Source: Actinomycetota bacterium (GTDB taxonomy: Bacteria; Actinomycetota; Actinomycetes; Nanopelagicales; Nanopelagicaceae). From it: a stretch of 64,000 nucleotides of DNA. The stretch lies in contig JBEDES010000003.1 in assembly GCA_041175545.1 (NCBI GenBank), positions 3,645 through 67,644 of the forward strand. Direction: 5' to 3'. Below the pieces are notes generated by a model. It saw only the letters and a list, made by a program, of their open reading frames with translations, was not told where the DNA came from and searched no databases. How positions within the stretch are numbered: position 1 is the first letter of the stretch; the number at the start of each line of letters is the position of its first letter. Made by a program: the position numbers and the translations under genes. Shown piece after piece: positions 20,951 to 31,291 of the stretch.

Positions 20951-23809
20951 TTACTTTTTCGCTAGTGTTTTTCGATTAGTTTTAAGAATCTCCCCTAAAA
21001 ACTGACCTGTGTAACTCTCTTTAACAGCAGAAACAGCCTCGGGAGTACCTTCTGCCACTACCGTTCCCCCACGGAATCCACCTTCGGGTCCCATATCAAT
21101 GACCCAATCAGAGCATTTAATGACGTCGAGGTTATGTTCGATTACCACAACTGTATTTCCGGTATCAACCAAACGATTAAGAACTGTAAGAAGTTTATTG
21201 ACATCTTCAAAGTGCAATCCAGTAGTAGGTTCATCAAGAACATAAATGGTTCGACCCGTCGAGCGACGTTGTAGTTCGGTTGCCAGTTTTACACGCTGTG
21301 CCTCTCCCCCGGACAACGTTGGTGCTGATTGTCCGAGTCTGACATAACCAAGTCCAACATCGTTTAGTGTCTTTAGGTATCTAGCGATAGCTGGCACAGA
21401 TTCAAAGAAATCACTGGCCTGTTCGATCGGCATATTAAGTACTTCAGCAATTGTTTTACCTTTGTAATGTACTTCAAGCGTTTCGCGGTTATATCTCGCA
21501 CCATGACACACCTCGCACGGTACATAGACATCAGGTAAAAAGTTCATTTCAATGGTTATGGTTCCATCGCCAGAGCAGTTCTCACAGCGCCCACCTTTGA
21601 CGTTAAATGAAAATCGACCTTGCTGGTAACCACGAATTTTGGCTTCGCTTGTTTCGGCAAATAAGGCTCGAATCTTGTCAAAGACTCCTGTGTAGGTTGC
21701 AGGGTTTGAACGCGGTGTTCTACCGATTGGTGATTGATCAACGTGAACAACTTTGTCTAGATGCTCTATTCCAGTCACTGTTCTATGGCGCCCAGGAACT
21801 AAACGCGCACCGTTTAACTTATTAGCCAAAGTCACATAAAGGATGTCATTTACAAGTGTAGATTTTCCAGAACCGCTTACTCCGGTAACAGAAACAAAGA
21901 CTCCTAGAGGTACTTGAACTTCAATATCTTTGAGATTATTTTCTTTAGCGCCCTTGATTACTAAGGATCTTTTCGCATCGATAGGTCGACGTTTTTTAGG
22001 AATATCGATCGATTTTCTTCCTGAAAGATAAGCGCCAGTGATGGATTCCTTCGATGCTATGAGTTCCTCATAACTTCCAGAAACAACAACGTGACCGCCA
22101 TGTTCGCCGGCACCCGGACCAATGTCAACGATCCAATCGGCAGTGCGAATGGTCTCTTCGTCGTGCTCGACAACAATTAATGTATTTCCTAAATCACGAA
22201 GACGAGTTAAAGTCTCGATTAATCGTTTGTTATCACGCTGATGTAATCCAATGGAAGGTTCATCAAGTACATACAAGACTCCAACTAAGCCACTGCCAAT
22301 CTGGGTTGCAAGGCGAATACGTTGGGCCTCGCCGCCAGATAGAGAACCAGCAGGGCGTGCAAGAGAGAGATAGTCCAAGCCAACATCAAGAAGGAAACCT
22401 AAGCGCGCATGTACTTCTTTCATAACACGCTCGGCTATCTGTGCTTCACGTTTATTTAACTTGATCTGCTTTAGGAAGACTGCGCAATCAGCGATAGATA
22501 AATCGCAAATTTCTGCAATATTTTTGTTACCAATAGTCACTGCCAAAACCTCGGGCTTTAGTCTGGCACCATTGCAAGATTCACATGCAATTTGGCGCAT
22601 ATAAGCTTCGTATTTGTCGCGGCTGTAATCACTATCGGTTTCACTGTGCCTGCGGTGAATAAAAGGAACAACACCTTCAAATCCAGTTGTGTAATTTCGG
22701 GCTCCGTAACGTCCCTTGTACTTCATTTTTATCTCATACTCATAGCCATTTAATATTGCATCTTTAGCCTTTGCAGAGACTTTCTTCCATGGAGTATCAA
22801 GAGAAAAAGGAAGATCCTTTGCTAGTGCTTCAAGTAAACGCAAAAAGTAGTCGGATGACTGTCCACCAGACCATGGTGCTATTGCCCCATCATTTATCGA
22901 TATTGAATCGTCGGGGATGATCAATTCCTCATCGACTTCCAATTTTGTCCCGATTCCGGAGCAATCTGCGCACGCGCCAAATGGTGAGTTAAATGAAAAT
23001 GAGCGCGGCTCTAGCTCTTCGAACGAAAGTTCGCATTCGTGACATGCAAGATGTTCACTAAATGTGCGTTCTTTGTCCTTACCTTTGGCATCCACAAAAT
23101 CCAAAACAACTATGCCAGTAGCCAATCGCAATGCGGTTTCAATTGAATCTGTTAACCGCGTCTTGCTTTCAACTTTTGCTGTTAAGCGATCAATTACCAC
23201 TTCGATTGTATGTTTTTCCTGTTTTTTAAGTTTAGGGGCATCATTGAGAGCTACAACTACTCCGTCGATTCGTGCGCGGGAATACCCTTGCGTTATCAAG
23301 TCGCTAAAGAGCTCAACGAATTCACCTTTTCGAGCTCTGACAACAGGGGCTAGAACCTGGAACTTTGTCGTGGGAGGAAGTTCCAGGATTTGATCAACAA
23401 TTTGTTGAGGAGATTGTCGAGTTACGGTTTTGCCGCACTTAGGACAATGAGGTGTGCCAGCGCGTGCAAAAAGTAAACGCAAATAGTCATAAACCTCAGT
23501 GATTGTTCCAACTGTAGAACGAGGATTTCGGTTTGTAGATTTTTGATCTATCGAAACTGCTGGAGATAGACCTTCAATAAAATCAACATCGGGTTTGTCC
23601 ATTTGCCCTAAAAATTGGCGTGCATACGCAGAAAGAGACTCAACGTATCTTCTTTGTCCCTCAGCAAAAATTGTGTCAAAGGCTAACGATGATTTTCCAG
23701 ACCCAGATAAACCGGTAAAGACAACTAAGGACTCTCTGGGTAGCTCTATAGAGACATTTTTGAGGTTATGTTCACGAGCACCGCGGACTATTAATTTATC
23801 GATGCTCAT
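20951..23809 (-). CDS. uvrA: Excinuclease ABC subunit A
   Basis: GAREHNLKN, two Walker A motifs, two LSGGEAQR motifs and Zn-finger Cys pairs. Confidence 0.98.
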   Translation of the reverse strand: MSIDKLIVRGAREHNLKNVSIELPRESLVVFTGLSGSGKSSLAFDTIFAEGQRRYVESLSAYARQFLGQMDKPDVDFIEGLSPAVSIDQKSTNRNPRSTVGTITEVYDYLRLLFARAGTPHCPKCGKTVTRQSPQQIVDQILELPPTTKFQVLAPVVRARKGEFVELFSDLITQGYSRARIDGVVVALNDAPKLKKQEKHTIEVVIDRLTAKVESKTRLTDSIETALRLATGIVVLDFVDAKGKDKERTFSEHLACHECELSFEELEPRSFSFNSPFGACADCSGIGTKLEVDEELIIPDDSISINDGAIAPWSGGQSSDYFLRLLEALAKDLPFSLDTPWKKVSAKAKDAILNGYEYEIKMKYKGRYGARNYTTGFEGVVPFIHRRHSETDSDYSRDKYEAYMRQIACESCNGARLKPEVLAVTIGNKNIAEICDLSIADCAVFLKQIKLNKREAQIAERVMKEVHARLGFLLDVGLDYLSLARPAGSLSGGEAQRIRLATQIGSGLVGVLYVLDEPSIGLHQRDNKRLIETLTRLRDLGNTLIVVEHDEETIRTADWIVDIGPGAGEHGGHVVVSGSYEELIASKESITGAYLSGRKSIDIPKKRRPIDAKRSLVIKGAKENNLKDIEVQVPLGVFVSVTGVSGSGKSTLVNDILYVTLANKLNGARLVPGRHRTVTGIEHLDKVVHVDQSPIGRTPRSNPATYTGVFDKIRALFAETSEAKIRGYQQGRFSFNVKGGRCENCSGDGTITIEMNFLPDVYVPCEVCHGARYNRETLEVHYKGKTIAEVLNMPIEQASDFFESVPAIARYLKTLNDVGLGYVRLGQSAPTLSGGEAQRVKLATELQRRSTGRTIYVLDEPTTGLHFEDVNKLLTVLNRLVDTGNTVVVIEHNLDVIKCSDWVIDMGPEGGFRGGTVVAEGTPEAVSAVKESYTGQFLGEILKTNRKTLAKK

Positions 23810-23810
23810 T

Positions 23811-25889
23811 TCATACCCCGGCTTCTTCCATCATTCGCAATTCTTTTTTCAAAATCTTGATTTCATCACGTAGGCGCGCTGCTACCTCAAATTGGAGTTC
23901 ACCGGCTGCATTCTTCATCTGCTCAGTCAACGAGCCTATCAATGCAATCAAATCTCTGCGAGGAAGGGAAACAGACTTCCCGTCAAACAAACCTGAAACA
24001 GCCACCTTTTTTGCTGACGACTTTTCATGAGCCAATATTTCCTCGGTATCTTCGCTCTCTCGATTAATAAGATCCGTGATATCTGCAATTTTTTTACGCA
24101 ATGGCTGAGGGTCAACGCCACGCTCGAGGTTATAAGCAACTTGCTTGGCTCTCCTGCGGTTTGTTTCATCAATAGCTTTAGCCATGGAAGCAGTTATGTT
24201 GTCTGCGTACATGTGTACCTCTCCAGATACATTTCGAGCGGCACGACCAATCGTTTGAATCAGAGAGGTAGCCGATCGTAAAAATCCTTCCTTGTCTGCA
24301 TCGAGAATAGATACGAGAGAAACTTCAGGAAGATCTAGACCTTCACGCAAAAGGTTAATGCCGATGAGAACGTCATACTCTCCGGTTCTTAGTTCGCGAA
24401 GCAGTTCTACGCGACGCAATGTATCTACCTCTGAATGAAGATAACGAACGTTGACACCTTTTTCTTGGAGATAGTCTGTTAAATCTTCAGACATCTTTTT
24501 AGTTAAGGTTGTGACAAGAACGCGCTCATTTCGTGCTGCTCGAATGTTTATCTCCTGAAGAAGATCATCGATCTGACCCTTAATTGGTTTGATAATAATC
24601 GCAGGATCAACCAATCCCGTGGGACGAATCACTTGCTCTACAACATCATTGTTAACTTTTTCTAACTCATATTTTCCGGGCGTGGCAGATAGATAAAGCT
24701 TTTGTCCTGTTCTTTCTATAAACTCTGGAAATTTCAAGGGCCTGTTGTCTAACGCACTCGGAAGTCGAAATCCATGTTCTACTAAAGTTCTTTTTCTTGA
24801 AGCATCCCCCTCAAACATTGCACCTAGCTGGGGAACGGTCACGTGACTTTCATCAATGACAACAAGGAAATCTTCGGGGAAATAATCCAACAAACAATGT
24901 GGCGCAGAACCTGCAGGTCGATCATCTAAATGACGGGAGTAGTTCTCAATGCCACTACAAAATCCAATCTGCTCCATCATTTCGATATCGAAGGTTGTAC
25001 GCATCCTTAATCTTTGAGCCTCAAGTAATTTCCCTTGCTTCTCCAAGAGATTGAGTTGGACCTGTAATTCATCTTGAATGTCTCCGATGGCACGTTTCAT
25101 AGTTTCCGGTCCCGCGGCATAGTGAGTGGCAGGAAAGATGTACATCTCTTGCTCGTCGGCGATAATCTCACCAGTCAAAGGATGGAGAGTAGAAATCTTC
25201 TCGATTTCATCTCCAAACATCTCAATTCGGATGGCCAACTCTTCGTACATTGGAATGATCTCAATTGTGTCGCCGCGTACTCTGAATGTTCCACGCTCAA
25301 ATGCCATGTCATTTCGCTTGTATTGAACATCAACAAATTTTCTCAAGAGAGCGTTCCGTTCAATTTCATCACCCACTCGAAGTCGGACCATGCGATCAAC
25401 ATATTCTTGTGGAGTTCCGAGACCATAAATGCAAGAAACTGTGGCAACAACAATCACATCTCGTCGTGTAAGCAATGAGTTAGTTGCCGAATGGCGCAAC
25501 CTTTCTACCTCTTCATTAACTGATGAGTCTTTTTCGATGAAGGTATCTGTCTGTGGCACGTAAGCTTCTGGTTGGTAGTAGTCGTAATACGAGACGAAAT
25601 ACTCAACTGCGTTATTTGGCATAAGCTCACGAAATTCATTTGCAAGCTGCGCCGCTAACGTCTTATTAGGCGCCAAAACTAGGGTTGGCCTCTGAAGTTT
25701 TTCGATTAGCCAAGTAGTTGTTGCAGATTTTCCTGTACCTGTTGCGCCAAGGAGTACAACATCCTGTTGGCCGGCCTTTATTCGGCGGGCAATTTCTTCG
25801 ATCGCCTCCGGTTGATCGCCGGCGGGAACGTAATCACTTACTACCTGGAAAGGCGCCACTGAGCGTTGAAGTTCACTAACAGGGCGCAT
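23811..25889 (-). CDS. uvrB: Excinuclease ABC subunit B
   Basis: [22 protein letters not shown] and QTIGRAARN. Confidence 0.98.
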   Translation of the reverse strand: MRPVSELQRSVAPFQVVSDYVPAGDQPEAIEEIARRIKAGQQDVVLLGATGTGKSATTTWLIEKLQRPTLVLAPNKTLAAQLANEFRELMPNNAVEYFVSYYDYYQPEAYVPQTDTFIEKDSSVNEEVERLRHSATNSLLTRRDVIVVATVSCIYGLGTPQEYVDRMVRLRVGDEIERNALLRKFVDVQYKRNDMAFERGTFRVRGDTIEIIPMYEELAIRIEMFGDEIEKISTLHPLTGEIIADEQEMYIFPATHYAAGPETMKRAIGDIQDELQVQLNLLEKQGKLLEAQRLRMRTTFDIEMMEQIGFCSGIENYSRHLDDRPAGSAPHCLLDYFPEDFLVVIDESHVTVPQLGAMFEGDASRKRTLVEHGFRLPSALDNRPLKFPEFIERTGQKLYLSATPGKYELEKVNNDVVEQVIRPTGLVDPAIIIKPIKGQIDDLLQEINIRAARNERVLVTTLTKKMSEDLTDYLQEKGVNVRYLHSEVDTLRRVELLRELRTGEYDVLIGINLLREGLDLPEVSLVSILDADKEGFLRSATSLIQTIGRAARNVSGEVHMYADNITASMAKAIDETNRRRAKQVAYNLERGVDPQPLRKKIADITDLINRESEDTEEILAHEKSSAKKVAVSGLFDGKSVSLPRRDLIALIGSLTEQMKNAAGELQFEVAARLRDEIKILKKELRMMEEAGV

Positions 25890-25902
25890 TTTCCTAGCCT
25901 AC

Positions 25903-26490
25903 TTACAAAGTTTCGATGATGCTATCCCAGATATTTTCAACCTGGCGCAAAAGTTGATCCTCGCTCCCATTGTTTTCGATCAAGAAATCGGCAACTTCTT
26001 CCCTTTCTTGTCTTGTGGCTTGAGAAGCCACTCGCACTTCGATTTCCGATCTCTGCATACCCCGTGAGCGCAATCTCTCAACTCGGTTTTCATACTCGGA
26101 TTCAACTGTTATTACAAGATCAAAGCGATCGTGAGACTTTGTTTCTACAAGTAATGGAATTTCATAGACAAGAACTTCATTCTCTTTGAGGGAAGAAACG
26201 GCTGATTCAAACTTTTTCTTTACGTAAGGATGAATTATGCCTTCAAGTTTTAATTTCAAAGAAGGGTCCTTGAAAACCAATTCAGCCAATGCGCTTCGAT
26301 TGATATCGCCATTGAGTAATACTGAATCTCCAAAAATACTTACAACTTCATCAAATCCCTTTGATCCTCTTTCGATGGCCTCTCGCGCGAGTTGATCGGC
26401 GTCAATTACAAAAGCGCCCAACTCTGCAAAATACTGTGCGGCCAAAGACTTACCGCTGCCGATTCCGCCAGTTAATCCGATAACACGCAT
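25903..26490 (-). CDS. coaE: Dephospho-CoA kinase
   Basis: GLTGGIGSGKS, IDADQLAR and IPLLVE. Confidence 0.95.
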   Translation of the reverse strand: MRVIGLTGGIGSGKSLAAQYFAELGAFVIDADQLAREAIERGSKGFDEVVSIFGDSVLLNGDINRSALAELVFKDPSLKLKLEGIIHPYVKKKFESAVSSLKENEVLVYEIPLLVETKSHDRFDLVITVESEYENRVERLRSRGMQRSEIEVRVASQATRQEREEVADFLIENNGSEDQLLRQVENIWDSIIETL

Positions 26491-26545
26491 ACGCCAATCG
26501 TATCTTTACTCTCTTCAAACATGGCGAGCCTTGCTTGGTCAAAAC

Positions 26546-26579
26546 AAAAAAGGCCCAGCTTGATCGCTAGGCCTTTTTT
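26546..26579 (-). terminator. Intrinsic terminator of rpsA (bidirectional form)
   Basis: Minus strand AAAAAA-GGCCTAGC-gatcaa-GCTGGGCC-TTTTTT, about 12 nt after the rpsA stop. Confidence 0.85.
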
Positions 26580-26591
26580 ATTCTAAATTAA

Positions 26592-27938
26592 TTAAGCGGT
26601 AGGAGTTGAATCCTCTGGCGCTGCAGCAGCATCTGCCATTTTGGCTTCCGCCTTTTGCTTCTTGTGTGCCATGAATCGTTCTTTAGCCAGCGAGTATTGA
26701 GCTTCCCACTCTTCGCGTTGGCTTTCATAGCCTGGCTTCCACTCTTGTGAATCTGCATCAAAACCTTCAGGGTAAATGAAGTTTCCTGCAGCATCGTATC
26801 GGGCTGACATTCCATATTGAGATGGATCAAAAGCTTCAATTTCGATTTCGTGACCTTCATTAGCTTGCTTCAAAGACAATGAAATTCGACGACGCTCTAA
26901 ATCGATATCGATAATCTTGACGAAGAGTTCATCATCAACTTGAACAACTTGCTCTGGAATTTCAACATGGCGCTCAGCCAACTCTGAAATGTGAACAAGT
27001 CCTTCGATTCCCTCATGCACACGAATAAATGCTCCGAATGGAACCAGCTTCGTTACAACACCAGGGACTACCTGATTAATTGTGTGTGTTCGTGCAAATG
27101 CTTGCCAAGGATCTTCTTGAGTTGCCTTGAGGGAGAGTGAAACACGCTCACGCTCGAAGTCCACTTCTAGAACTTCAACTGTAACTTCGTCTCCGACTTC
27201 AACAACTTCACCTGGATGATCGATGTGCTTCCAAGAAAGCTCCGAAACGTGAACAAGGCCATCAACTCCACCTAGATCAACGAATGCACCGAAGTTAACG
27301 ATTGAAGAAATAACACCGGAGCGCACTTGACCCTTTTCGAGTTGATTGAGGAAAGTTGTGCGTGACTCAGATTGGGTCTGTTCCAAAAATGCACGGCGTG
27401 AAAGCACAACGTTATTTCGATTCTTATCAAGTTCAATAATGCGCGCTTCAACTTGCTTACCAATGTATGGCGTTAGGTCGCGAACGCGACGCATTTCTAC
27501 AAGTGACGCAGGCAAGAATCCACGAAGACCAATGTCTACGATTAGGCCACCTTTAACAACTTCAATAACTGTTCCAATAACAACTTCGTCACGCTCTTTC
27601 TTGCCTTCAATATCTCCCCATGCGCGTTCGTATTGTGCGCGCTTCTTAGAAAGTATAAGGCGACCCTCTTTATCTTCTTTCTGAAGAACAAGAGCTTCAA
27701 TGATTTCGCCGACTTTTACGATTGAATTTGGATCTGCATCATGGCGAATAGAAAGCTCGCGTGATGGAATTACACCTTCGGTTTTGTAACCGATGTCGAC
27801 AAGAACCTCGTCGCGTCCTACTTGAACAACTGCTCCTGAAACTAAGTCGCCGTCATTAAAATTTCTGATTGTGCCTTCGATTGCGGCAAGAAAATCTTCT
27901 GCTGATCCAATATCGTTAACTGCGATTTGCGTTGTCAA
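26592..27938 (-). CDS. rpsA: 30S ribosomal protein S1
   Basis: QIAVNDIG, DIGYKTEGVIP and four S1 repeats; TTG start with GGAG upstream. Confidence 0.97.
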   Translation of the reverse strand: MTTQIAVNDIGSAEDFLAAIEGTIRNFNDGDLVSGAVVQVGRDEVLVDIGYKTEGVIPSRELSIRHDADPNSIVKVGEIIEALVLQKEDKEGRLILSKKRAQYERAWGDIEGKKERDEVVIGTVIEVVKGGLIVDIGLRGFLPASLVEMRRVRDLTPYIGKQVEARIIELDKNRNNVVLSRRAFLEQTQSESRTTFLNQLEKGQVRSGVISSIVNFGAFVDLGGVDGLVHVSELSWKHIDHPGEVVEVGDEVTVEVLEVDFERERVSLSLKATQEDPWQAFARTHTINQVVPGVVTKLVPFGAFIRVHEGIEGLVHISELAERHVEIPEQVVQVDDELFVKIIDIDLERRRISLSLKQANEGHEIEIEAFDPSQYGMSARYDAAGNFIYPEGFDADSQEWKPGYESQREEWEAQYSLAKERFMAHKKQKAEAKMADAAAAPEDSTPTA

Positions 27939-27992
27939 GTGAGCTCCGTAGGGATAGAAAGTAGTAGTTCCCGCTTTCGCGGCTGAAGGGCA

Positions 27993-28022
27993 AGAGTACG
28001 GTTTGCACGCTCACCAGAGCAA
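27993..28022 (-). promoter_or_regulatory. Putative housekeeping promoter of rpsA
   Basis: Minus strand TTGCTC (-35), 18 nt spacer, TACTCT (-10), followed by a CCGC-GAAA-GCGG leader hairpin at 27971-27982. Confidence 0.5.
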
Positions 28023-28085
28023 ATTCGCATTACTTTTTGAGCGTGAGATCAAAGCCAGAACTTTCCAAAGCTAGGCAAAAGCTAT

Positions 28086-30728
28086 CTAGTGCGCCGCCTC
28101 ATGCCATGTCAATCCAAGTCCGGCGTTTACATCTAATGGAGCCTTTAATGGATAGGCCGCTCCCATTTCCTTTTTAACTAGATTGGTAACGACCTCTTCT
28201 TCACCAGGTGCTACCTCAAGAATTAACTCATCATGAATTTGAAGGAGTAAGCGAGATTTCAATTTTTGATTTCTAATGGCGTTATTGACATTGAGCATTG
28301 CGATTTTAATAATGTCCGCAGCCGACCCTTGTATTGGAGCATTTAACGCCATTCTTTCTGCCACTTCACGTCGTGCGCGATTATCGTTCATCAGATCAGG
28401 AAGATAACGCCTTCTACCCATGATCGTTTCGGTATATCCCACTTTGCGGGCATCTTCAACAACAGTTTTCAAATAATCTCGAATTCCACCGAAGCGCTCG
28501 AAGTATCTATCCATTAAGTCCTGGGCAGCAGGAGGCGTGATGTCTAACTGTGCAGACAGTCCGTAAGAAGAAAGGCCATAAGCCAAACCATAAGACATCG
28601 CTTTTATTTGACGGCGCATTTCGGGATCGACCTCATTTGGTTTAACCCCGAAAATCTCCGAAGCAATAGTTGCGTGCAAATCTTCACCAGATGCAAACGC
28701 GGCTAGTAGTTTTGAGTCATTTGAAAGGTGAGCCATGATTCGCATTTCAATTTGGCTATAGTCTGCAGTTAATAGTCCAACGTAACCATCACCTGCAATG
28801 AAGCAATTTCTAATCCTTCGACCCTCTTCGGTCCTAACAGGAATATTCTGTAAGTTCGGTCCAGTAGACGAAAGTCTTCCTGTAGCTGCAACTGTCTGGG
28901 CAAAGTGTGTATGAATTCGACCATCTTGAGCTATCTCAGCGATTAGACCCTCTACGGTTGTTCCAAGTTTTTTTGTCTCTCTAATGCGAAGTAAAGAAGT
29001 TAAAACTGGATGGCCTGTTTTCTGATGTAGCCAGTCCAAACTTTCTGCATCAGTTGTAAAACCGGTTTTAATTTTTTTCGTTTTGGGAAGTTTTAACTCA
29101 TCAAAAAGAACTACCTGCAATTGTTTGGGTGATGCCACATTGAATTCATGGCCAACACTTTCATGTGCAGCTTTTGTTTCGCGGTCAACTTCGCCCTGAA
29201 AATACTTCGCCAGAACTTCTAACTCTTTTTTATTGACAGCAATCCCCAGATTCTCCATTGAGGCAAGTAATGCAGCCACGGGCATTTCCATTGTAAGGAA
29301 CAAATCCATAAGCCCACGATCATGAAGTTCACGTATCAACGCTTGCTTTACATCAAATAATGCAGCCGCGCATGTCAACAAATAACTCTGACTAGATGAT
29401 TCATCAATTGTGGAAGTATCTGCCCAACGCTGTGCAATATCTATGAACTCTTGTGTTCGAACTCCTGGATTTACAAGATAGGCAGCGAGTGAAACATCAA
29501 AGTCAACGCCAATTAATCCATTAATCCTTGCTAGAGATTTTGCATCGTGCGCGATCTTTTTCACATCAGGATCTTGAACCCAATCCCCCATCTGATCTGA
29601 ATTAATGAGAAACACCTGACTTTGAGAGAGCGCTATGGCGTACTGTTCAATCTCGTCTTCAATAATCTCAAAAGAAATCGCGATTTCTCCGGTGTGCTGT
29701 GAAATCTTTGCTGAAGCTTGTTCAGGTGTTAAAACTTCGTGAGCAATCGCCTGTGAATTTTTATTTAATCTCTCTGATTCGCCCGAACTGCTCAACTCTT
29801 TTGTGCCGCCCTGGCCATCGGATGTGATCAAAATAGGCTTCATTCGCTCTTTTAAAGTTTTGAATTCTAAGGTTTTAAACAAGGACTCAACTGATGCTTC
29901 CGCTACACCAGCCCATGCAAGCGATTCAATAGTAAATTCAATTGGAACAGAGCTAACTAGCTGCGTAAGTTCTCTATTTCTTTCGACATCAGATATGCAG
30001 TTTTTTAAAGACTGCCCAGCTTTGCCACCGAGATCATCAACGTTTGAAAGTAGTTTTTTTAAAGATCCGTATTCGATAATCCACTTTGCTGCTGTCTTTT
30101 CTCCAACTCCCGGAACGGAAGGCAAGTTATCGCTGGGGTCTCCCCGCAAAGCTGCGAAATCTGGGTACTGCTCTGGAGTCATTCCATATTTTTCGTTAAG
30201 CGCCTTTGAGTCCATACGAACAAGATCGCTAACACCACGTTTTGGATACAGCACAGTAGTTTTATCACTAATTAATTGAAAAGAATCTCTATCTCCTGTG
30301 CAGATTAAAACCTGAGCACCTTCTTTCTCAGCTGCCTTTGCGATCGTTGCGATGATGTCATCAGCCTCATAACCGTGGATTTCAAAAGAGGAAATTCCAA
30401 AAGCATCAACTAGTTCATGCAAAAAACTCATCTGTGATCGGAATTCATCTGGAGTTTTCGCACGGTTGGCTTTGTATTCAGGGAAAATTTCAGAACGAAA
30501 TGTTGTTCGAGAAACATCGAAGGCAACTGCAACATGAGTTGGTTTCTCAGTGCTTAGAAGTGAAAGCAACATCGTTGCAAAGCCATAAATTGCGTTTGTG
30601 TGCTGACCCGATGCCGTGGTGAAATTTTCAGCAGGAAGGGCAAAAAAAGCTCGATACGCCATAGAGTGTCCATCGATGAGCAGGACTCTCTTATCACTCT
30701 TGCTCTTGCTATTGCCAGTGCCAGCCAT
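28086..30728 (-). CDS. polA: DNA polymerase I
   Basis: LIDGHSMAYRAF, EADD, DYSQIEMR and QIHDEL. Start uncertain; ATG 30728 is favoured by TAGGAT 7 nt upstream. Confidence 0.97.
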   Translation of the reverse strand: MAGTGNSKSKSDKRVLLIDGHSMAYRAFFALPAENFTTASGQHTNAIYGFATMLLSLLSTEKPTHVAVAFDVSRTTFRSEIFPEYKANRAKTPDEFRSQMSFLHELVDAFGISSFEIHGYEADDIIATIAKAAEKEGAQVLICTGDRDSFQLISDKTTVLYPKRGVSDLVRMDSKALNEKYGMTPEQYPDFAALRGDPSDNLPSVPGVGEKTAAKWIIEYGSLKKLLSNVDDLGGKAGQSLKNCISDVERNRELTQLVSSVPIEFTIESLAWAGVAEASVESLFKTLEFKTLKERMKPILITSDGQGGTKELSSSGESERLNKNSQAIAHEVLTPEQASAKISQHTGEIAISFEIIEDEIEQYAIALSQSQVFLINSDQMGDWVQDPDVKKIAHDAKSLARINGLIGVDFDVSLAAYLVNPGVRTQEFIDIAQRWADTSTIDESSSQSYLLTCAAALFDVKQALIRELHDRGLMDLFLTMEMPVAALLASMENLGIAVNKKELEVLAKYFQGEVDRETKAAHESVGHEFNVASPKQLQVVLFDELKLPKTKKIKTGFTTDAESLDWLHQKTGHPVLTSLLRIRETKKLGTTVEGLIAEIAQDGRIHTHFAQTVAATGRLSSTGPNLQNIPVRTEEGRRIRNCFIAGDGYVGLLTADYSQIEMRIMAHLSNDSKLLAAFASGEDLHATIASEIFGVKPNEVDPEMRRQIKAMSYGLAYGLSSYGLSAQLDITPPAAQDLMDRYFERFGGIRDYLKTVVEDARKVGYTETIMGRRRYLPDLMNDNRARREVAERMALNAPIQGSAADIIKIAMLNVNNAIRNQKLKSRLLLQIHDELILEVAPGEEEVVTNLVKKEMGAAYPLKAPLDVNAGLGLTWHEAAH

Positions 30729-30763
30729 GGCATCCATCCTAGATAACAAGTTATGATTGCCTT

Positions 30764-31174
30764 ATGACGCAACAAGATTTACTGGCAATAATTAGAGAAC
30801 GAGGCAACGGTGACCTCGGTATCAAAATGGGTATTGAGATTATTGAAGCCTCAGCCCAACGGTTAGTTGCAACAATGCCAGTTGAGGGAAACACTCAACC
30901 TGCTGGACTTCTTCATGGTGGCGCCAGTGTTGTATTAGCTGAATCCTTAGGTTCAATCGGTGCACAGATTCATGCAGGAGCCAATCGCCGGGTTGTCGGT
31001 GTTGATATCAATGCCACACATCATCGTTCGGCACAATCTGGACTGGTAACAGCAGTAGCCACGCCAATTTCACTTGGCAAAACCCTATGTTCCTATGAAA
31101 TTGTCATAACCAATGAGGCTGGCGAAAGAACCTGTACGGCCCGCATAACCTGCCTGATCCTTGCCGAGGTCTAG
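30764..31174 (+). CDS. PaaI/MenI-like hotdog-fold thioesterase
   Basis: QPAGLLHGGASVVLAE and GVDINATHHR; divergent from polA. Confidence 0.9.
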   Translation: MTQQDLLAIIRERGNGDLGIKMGIEIIEASAQRLVATMPVEGNTQPAGLLHGGASVVLAESLGSIGAQIHAGANRRVVGVDINATHHRSAQSGLVTAVATPISLGKTLCSYEIVITNEAGERTCTARITCLILAEV

Positions 31175-31291
31175 GTCCGTTAGTTAAGGTTAGCCGCCTA
31201 GCCCGCTCACAAATCGGGTGCCAGCATGAAACGAAGAAACTGCCTGATGCATCCAAATCGCGGTGCACAGAAAACGGATGTGGAGCGCAAC

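Noticed and set aside
25896-25920. RecA-NDp/PafBC-type promoter (TGTCGG-N10-TANNNT) upstream of uvrB
   Set aside because: Only TCG matches (CATCGA), the spacing is off by one, and it lies within coaE coding sequence
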